IMG/VR virus record: IMGVR_UViG_3300025282_000208
Coordinates: 1-26,109 of that record
Origin: a virus
Lineage: Duplodnaviria; Caudoviricetes
Direction: 5' to 3' (one strand)
Length of the DNA: 26,109 nucleotides
Below the pieces are notes generated by a model. That model had not been told where the DNA came from and searched no databases. It worked only from the letters and a program-made list of their open reading frames with translations. Both the position numbers and the translations under genes were made by a program. Position 1 is the first letter of the stretch. Each line of letters begins with the position of its first letter. Positions 16,243 to 23,900 of this stretch are shown in pieces.

Positions 16243-17985
16243 ATGATTAACAACCAAATGAACAATATCTCAAACGGGGTTCAGGGTAACGACGTGGATG
16301 AAACTGAAGAGGTGGTAGACGAGGGTGCTGAGTCTCCTCAACCTAGTAAAGAGACTGCGATTGTACCTAAGTCATGGACAGTAGATCCAGTACTCGCAGG
16401 TCGTGTAGATGTCATGCGTTCCAATCCAAGAACTGCGGCTGAAACGATTGCTGCTATCAAAACAGGTGACCCTGCTGCACTGGAAGGCATGTGGCTAGGT
16501 GCTCATCCAAATGGAGACCCAAAGATATCCTACATTGATGACTTTGGTAACCCACAATATCACAACTTGACTGTCTCGCAGTGGATGGCAATCAAAGAGG
16601 CGAGAAGCCTGAACCGTACAAAAATGGTGCAGTACCAAGAGGAACAAGAACAACTACAACAGTCAATAGAGGAATACCAGGGTGCATTTACTAGTGGGCT
16701 AGGAATGCTCGATGATGGCAGTAACCCAATGCTTTCTGCCGTGTTCAAAGATATGTACAGCAAAGACCCAATTGGCACACTTGCAGAGATGTATGATTTG
16801 CGATATCTAGAGGAAAAAGACGCACACGCTGCGGCAGCCAAAAAATTCCAAATTGTAAACGATGCGATGTTAGAACAGTCTACACATAGGGGACAGCAGT
16901 TTGCTCAAGGGCTTGAGAGGCACTTTGGCGGTCAATATCTTGAATTAGAAAATCGGCTTAAAGTAAATTCAAACGACCCACAGTTAAGAGAGGCGCTAGG
17001 AAGTCTTGAAACGACTGTGAGTTCCTTTAAGAAGGGCACACAGTTCAAACCGTGGGCTGGCATGGATATGTCACTATCGCCCGGTCAGGCATACACAAAT
17101 CCTGCTAGGAGGGTGGATATGTACCGAACATGGATGGAGATGCTTTCAATAGGAGTGCCCACGGCTACTGGTCAACACAGATACACAGTAAACAACCCAC
17201 AAGATGTCGATGCGTGGGAATCAGAGAGAGAGAACCTGGTTATGCATTTGGAATGGTTGTCACGTCAACTAGGATGGCAAGGTTCTTTTATAGATCCGAA
17301 TACAGGTATGCTGAACATGGAAGATGAAGTAGCAATAAGGAAAGCATATCACCAGATTTTTAATAACCCCGCAGTCCTTATGGCAAACCAACAGGCAAAC
17401 CCTGCATTGAGTTCTCAAGGAACGCAGTATCAAGGGGCTGCGCAACAGGGTCTTCCAGGAGGCGTTCCGTGGGCTCCTGGACAAGCATCACCAACACAAC
17501 AGGCATTTACTCCACCACCCGGTAGTACTCAGTTGCAACCACTAACGCCACAGCCAGCCCCAACAACATCGGGATTTAAGTTTGATCCAAGTAGTGGATC
17601 TGCTCCTTTTGGCGATCCCCTTGATTTACGATTAGATAGAACTGCTGAATCATTGGCAGCGGCAAAGGTTAAAGCAACAGATCAAGCAAGAGTAGACGAA
17701 CTGGAAAGGATGAAGATTAAAGAACAGATGAAATTGATAGACGAGAATATGTCGCCCGACCGCTTGGAAGCTGACAAATTGATACAGGAATTACAGATCG
17801 AAAATGAGAAGATGCTACTGTCTAAGTTGGAAAGTATGCTTGCAATAGCGGATGGGTTAGAACCTGGTGACGAAAAAGAATTTTACCTTGCGGTGATTAA
17901 AGTATTGGCAGATAATGCGATGCCGGAGATGTTTGAGAAAGCAAGGGCCAAAATCGAAGCAGACAAAAAAGACGAAGATAAATAA
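16243..17985 (+). CDS. Putative internal virion/ejection protein (P22 gp20 / T7 gp15 position), 580 aa
   Basis: SD GGAG. Helical, Cys-free, with a Q/P/G-rich linker; lies immediately before the giant ORF. Confidence 0.6.
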   Translation: MINNQMNNISNGVQGNDVDETEEVVDEGAESPQPSKETAIVPKSWTVDPVLAGRVDVMRSNPRTAAETIAAIKTGDPAALEGMWLGAHPNGDPKISYIDDFGNPQYHNLTVSQWMAIKEARSLNRTKMVQYQEEQEQLQQSIEEYQGAFTSGLGMLDDGSNPMLSAVFKDMYSKDPIGTLAEMYDLRYLEEKDAHAAAAKKFQIVNDAMLEQSTHRGQQFAQGLERHFGGQYLELENRLKVNSNDPQLREALGSLETTVSSFKKGTQFKPWAGMDMSLSPGQAYTNPARRVDMYRTWMEMLSIGVPTATGQHRYTVNNPQDVDAWESERENLVMHLEWLSRQLGWQGSFIDPNTGMLNMEDEVAIRKAYHQIFNNPAVLMANQQANPALSSQGTQYQGAAQQGLPGGVPWAPGQASPTQQAFTPPPGSTQLQPLTPQPAPTTSGFKFDPSSGSAPFGDPLDLRLDRTAESLAAAKVKATDQARVDELERMKIKEQMKLIDENMSPDRLEADKLIQELQIENEKMLLSKLESMLAIADGLEPGDEKEFYLAVIKVLADNAMPEMFEKARAKIEADKKDEDK

Positions 17986-17987
17986 AT

Positions 17988-20900
17988 ATGCCTATGCAAT
18001 ACGGTACAAATGTAGACCCTCGTTACGAACACGTCAAAAGACGAATAGAAGAGCGAAAACTTGCTCAAGTTGCAGAGGAACAGCGAAGAGACGCACTGCT
18101 TCAAGAGGCAGAGGCTGCTCGTGTAGAACAAACTCGCCTTGCTATTCAAGAGGCTCGTGGTTTAGAGGCTCAGGACATAACCGAGAGGGGTATGGCAGGT
18201 GCACCGTTACCTGGCTCATTTACTGGAAGTTTGTCGGTACAGGATTTGACAACTTTCGGAGGCCCTAAACAAGAGACATACAAGCCACAGACTAGCGACT
18301 ACGACTACGGCGCTGCGGCTGATGTCATGGAACTTACTGGCTATTCTATGAAGGACGAGGGGTCTGGCCATTGGGGCTCAAGAATCTTCGCTGGACCATT
18401 GGAAGGCTTGATCGTCAAAGCACCAGGACACGATTCATATGACGAGATGGTCAAAGACGAAAATAAACGAGGCTACGAAATCGTCAAATTTGGCAATAAA
18501 GAGTTTTCTGTCAAGGTATCGGATGAGGCAATAGAGCCACAGGAGATAGACTCAGAAACAGGTTCGGTGACAGGGTTGACAAGAGACGAGTGGGATGCCC
18601 CTTTTAATGGAGGTAGACCAGAAGACTTTGAAGGTGCAGAGGGTGCAAAAGGAGAGTTGGCAAAGAGGTTGCAAAGACGCAACGTGCCCCAAGAAGACCG
18701 TCAATTCGACCCCCTTGACGAGACGAAATCATTGGAAGACTGGTCATCTGACACCTACATTCCTGGCGATATCGTATTCCAATCACGTGTTCGCTCATTT
18801 CAGGAAGGCAAGGAGTGGGCAGAAGAGGACTTGAAGAACGACCGAGGGTTCTGGAGTTCTTTCAACAGGGGTGGTATACAGACCATGCAGGGTTTGAAGG
18901 CTCAGTTTATGGGCTTGGATGACGAGGGGAGTGAAGAGGTACTAAGAGAGCAGGGTTTAGAAGCCCTTCGAGATATTCAAATTGCGGCAGCCGAGCAGAG
19001 TGGATTTGTATCGGGAATGATGGCGGCCGAAAGACCAGACGATCAGACCTGGCTAGAAAAACAAGGAGAGATGTTAGGCGGCTCGTCCCCAATGATAGCA
19101 GCGGGTGCTGTTGCAACCACGATTGCAGTTGCTGCCGGACCTCCTGGGTGGGCGATTGCTGGTACAGCGTTGGGAAGTGGTGCGGTGGCAGGGTACTTCT
19201 TTGGAGGTTCTGGTGCTGATGCAGAGATAGACCTCATTGAATTACAAACAAACATAATACGCCAGAGGTACGGAGATTACACAAAATTCAAAGTGTCGGA
19301 TGAGGTGCGTGATCGCATAGTCATGCAGTCAGGAGCATGGGAGGCAGGTAGTGAGGGATTAACAAGCCTGTTGGGTTTCGGCATTGGCAAGTTTATAGGC
19401 AAATCGTTCTTCAAGGTAGGCCCTGGAACAACGATGAAAGAGACTGTTAAGGAGTCTATGCGTCAAGTGTTCCGCCGTCAGGCTATACAAAAAACAGCCC
19501 CTGAAATTGCAAGGGGTGTGTTAAAGAACTCGGCAAAGTACGCATCTTTAATTGCTGGTGACTTAGCGATGGAAGGCGTGTCAGAGGTTGTTGCCGAGTA
19601 TGGTCAAACAACTGCCATGCAAGAGTTAGACCCTGACAGGGAGGCGGATTTCTTAGGGGCATTTTGGAGTGGGGTTATCCTTGGTGGATTCTCTGGTCCT
19701 GCCATGATGGGCGTTGGTGTTATGAACGAGAAGGTCATGCGTGACCGGCTTGAAGCAAGGATAGCGGCAAGAGATGTTTGGAACAGTGCAAACTACGATC
19801 CAATCAAAAAACTAGAAGAGTTAGCACCAGAAGTTGCAGAGCGTATTGCAGCCTTACCAGAAAGTGAACGGGTAGAGGAAATAGCAAAATGGAATCGCCA
19901 GTTGGAGGTTGAGGCTGCGTATGCCGAGGCGCTCCTTGTGGAAGCCGAAAAGGCTTTAAGCAATGGGGATCAAAAGGGTGCTGCACGAATGGCAGCCAAG
20001 GCTGCTGGTGCTAGAGAGAAGGCGCTCACACTATCACTGCAAGTGGCTCTTGCGAAGGATCTGGTGGTTGGCACTCGTGTTGTGGAAGAAGGTGGCCTAG
20101 TAGGGCATACTTATACAGTTGATGAGGCATTAAAGAATAAAGGCCGAAAGAAGTCTGGGGGCAAGAAGTCTACTGGGCAGACAAAAGTGCAAACAACATT
20201 TGAGAGTATGGGCTTCGAGGTGGTTTGGTTTGACAAGAGCGACTCACAGGCAGACGCTTTTTATGATCCAAAAACACCGGGTGTTATCTACCTAGAAGAT
20301 AGGGCTACTGTAACACGAGAGGGCAAGGGTGGAAAGAAAACACAGGTAGACATGAACCCAACCTATGTAATTGCACGGGGCTTGCACGAATCCCTGCACT
20401 ACATCCAGTACGTAAACCCAGAGTTGCACGAAGAGTTGAAAGAAATAGTTGGAGATGCAGGTGCACTGTGGAGTGCTGCCGAGTACGCAATGCGTGTCGA
20501 GGGTTCATTCAACGACAATCTCGTTGTTGCGTTTGCACAGCACATTACAGACGGCGGTACAGTTGATACGTTTACGGGATACACAGACGTAGAGGGTAAC
20601 GAGGTTGTAGCGACAGAGTCAGATTTAGCAGAGATGCAAGCATATGCAGAGTTAGAAGGCATGGCGGTTTCCATAGAGAAGGGTGTCGAGGCTGGTGCTA
20701 CGACAAACAAGCCATTGCGAGTCCTCGCAAGATTGGGTCTAATGGGTCGCAATGCCAAGGCTGCTGTGCGGTTGTACGACACGCTGTTGAAGACAGCGCA
20801 TCAAACATCTTTGGCGCGGGCTGAGGGTCGTACGGTGGAAGAGGGTGGTTCTGGGACATATACAGTTAGACCAGGCAGCGCGAGTTTTGTTAGAGAGTTG

Positions 20901-23900
20901 TTGCACGGAGAATCAATTCGGTCTGTGTCTACAGGGAAACTCCTCTCCGCCCTAGAGCGTTCTTTGGGCAAAGATGGGGCTACTGAGGCTAAAGAGGAAG
21001 AAGGGACTACAGGGGCTCTGGAGGCTCGTAAACGTGATGGCGAGAAGGATAAGAAGACAAGCAAGAAGTTGCCCAAGAAACGGGGTCGAGGCAAGAAGGA
21101 AGAGCCGAAAGAAGACATCAAGGGGCAGAGGGATTCACGGTATGGCAAGCCACTGACAACTGTCACACTAGAAGATATACAGGCACAGTTTACCGAAGAG
21201 GAACTCATGGGTGGCAAGGAGTTGCCGTACAAGCCTGGTGAGGTTGCGAAGACTTCGGCTGGCAAGAGTTACTCCGAGGCTTCGAGAGAGGCTTCAGTCA
21301 ATATCCCATATGCCAAGGTTGAACAGAGCGACATAGACACCGCCATCAAGAACACAGAGAAGGCGATGGGAGCTGCAAGGTACGAAAGAGCACTGGGCTT
21401 TGCGAAAGTAGATTCCCTATCGTTGGATGCGACATTCTTCAATGACTCCATAAATCTACCATCGAGCATTCGGTTCTGGTATGAGACTTTTGGAGAGGAC
21501 TTCCTGAACAGATTCGTTGGAATGTCAGAGGCTGATGCGAGACAGTTCGCAGATGTAGTATCTGCCACATCACCTCGAACTCCAGTGCCAGACAATATCA
21601 GAAAGGCAGTGTCGATATTCTTGGATCAGAAACTGGGAGTGCCGTCACCTACCGCTGTGTCCACAAAAGAGATGGTCGGAGTCCAGAAGGCATTGACAGG
21701 CAAGTTGGCAGAGGGTGGTCGGTACAAGACAGGGTCTTTTGCCAATACATTCCTGTATGCAATGGGTATGGTCAGTGAGACACCACTATCCACAAACGAC
21801 ATCATCATGGGAAATATCTATGGAATAAAGGGTGAGAACTTCACCAACCCATTGGTATATGAAATGATATCTAGACTTCATGTCGAACTAGCAACGATGT
21901 TGAACGGGAAGACTGTAGACAAACGTGGATTGACAGAGGCTGATGCTGATGTAATCAACACACCTTGGACACCGTGGCAAGTCCAGGCAGTCATGTGGTC
22001 AAACCGTCAAGACAACACAGGAACATATTCAGATGAACTAGTTCGGATATTCGAGGAATGGCAAGAAGCCGGCATCCCTGTCAAGGAACACGCAGATGGA
22101 ACGCTGTATGTGAACCTAGATGAACTAACTCCTGAGATGGGGTTGGCAGGGTTGACCAAGGCAACAGTTCGTGGTGAGCCAAGACTGATGCCACCCACAC
22201 CACTTGGTGGTGCAACCGAAGTTACTGCATCTTTAGGTGAGGCGTTGGCAAGTGATTTGGATGAGACACAACGTAAGCACATTACTGCTGCATATAGCAA
22301 ACTACGTACAGCAACATATGATTATGTCAGTGCAATAACAAGCAAAACAGAAATGCCGACTTTTTCAAACGAACTACGGGAAATGTTTGGAGTGGCACAG
22401 GTGAAGGCTGGCACAGGCAAGTTTGTCCAGTTCCACTACCCATACCACAAGAGTGTGGCAATGGTCGCTGGCAAGAAGTTCAACGCAACTACTTCAGTTG
22501 CAGACATGTTCGCAGGAAAATCAATGGGGGCATTCCAGTACGGTGGGTCTGCACAGCGTGGCGATCTCATCTACGGAATGTTTACATCAGAGGGCGGTGT
22601 TCTAGTTCCAACCATGAGCATCTACTTGGGTGGAGTACCGTCAGAGAAGATGCAGGAAGTCCTAACGTACTCCGCTTCGATGTTGGGTTTGTCTGATGCC
22701 ATAGCGGTTGAGGAAGTTCCAGCAGGGCAGGGTGAGCCTGCCATTGGAATGTTCTTCCCGACACAGGAGTTGGAGTTCTCACACATATCAGCACTCGCTA
22801 TAGCAGCAGGAAGATATGGATTGGTTCTTCATTCCATGCCTGTTGCCAACGGCACTTACCTTGCAATCGTACCCGTAGAGGGTTCAGACATAAATGCTGG
22901 TGAGGAATCAATAAGGCGAGAATTGCAGTCTAGAGGGCTAAGTCCACTGATACAAGATACCGATATAAAGATAATAGATGCCAAAGCAGGTGTTAGTGGT
23001 ACAATAGAACAAGCATCCAAGGACATCAGAAACAAAGAGGTAAAAAACGATGCCAAGAAAACAAGCAAGTGGTACACAGGACTCAACAAACAAGACAGAC
23101 AAATTGTTGACGAAGTCGCCCCAACAAAAAGAGAACGCGAACAACTCCTCCGAACGCCCCGCACAAAGGCTGGCAAGATTAGGCGGCTTTCAGCACCTAA
23201 GCGAGAACGACTCGCAGTGGCTATCGCAAAAAGTCAGGCGTGGCAACTACACCATTTTGCCGAAACCCTAGCCAACACTAGGGCAGAGCAACAACAAAAA
23301 TTAGCAGTTCGTACTGAAGAGGTACTAACCAAGAAGAAGATTGGCAAGCAGACAGTCGGCAAATGGCTTGATGCTGGTGGTGCACTTGAGTCACGAAGGC
23401 TGACAGAAGCAAAATTCCGTAGTGGTTACAGTCAGCATATTGACATTAGGTCAAGGAAAACTGGAAAGGGGCTAGAGTTAGCAACCACCGTCATGAAGGA
23501 AGGTTGGAAGCCGGGGATTGGAGTAAATGTCCTGCCCGTGTCAGTGGGTGATAAACCAATAACCATCCCTGAACGACAGTATATGCCCAAGAAGGGGGAT
23601 GTTGTTTATCTCGTTCCAAATGATTGGATTACTGGGTTTTATGGACCAGGCAAAATAAAAGAGGGGTGGAAACCCAAGCCTTTTGAGGTTGTTGTTGTTG
23701 AGTATGACAACCAATCTATGTACGAACTTTACACAAAGGCGACAAGTGGTGCACTTGAGTCACGCAAGACGAAGAAAGAAGTTGAAGCGATACGAGAGAC
23801 TCAACTGATGGGTAGCGTGTTCCCCAAGATACGTGAAGCCATGCAGATGTCCGAGCAACGGAAGATGACTGCCAAGCAATTACGCAAGATGCTTGAGAAG

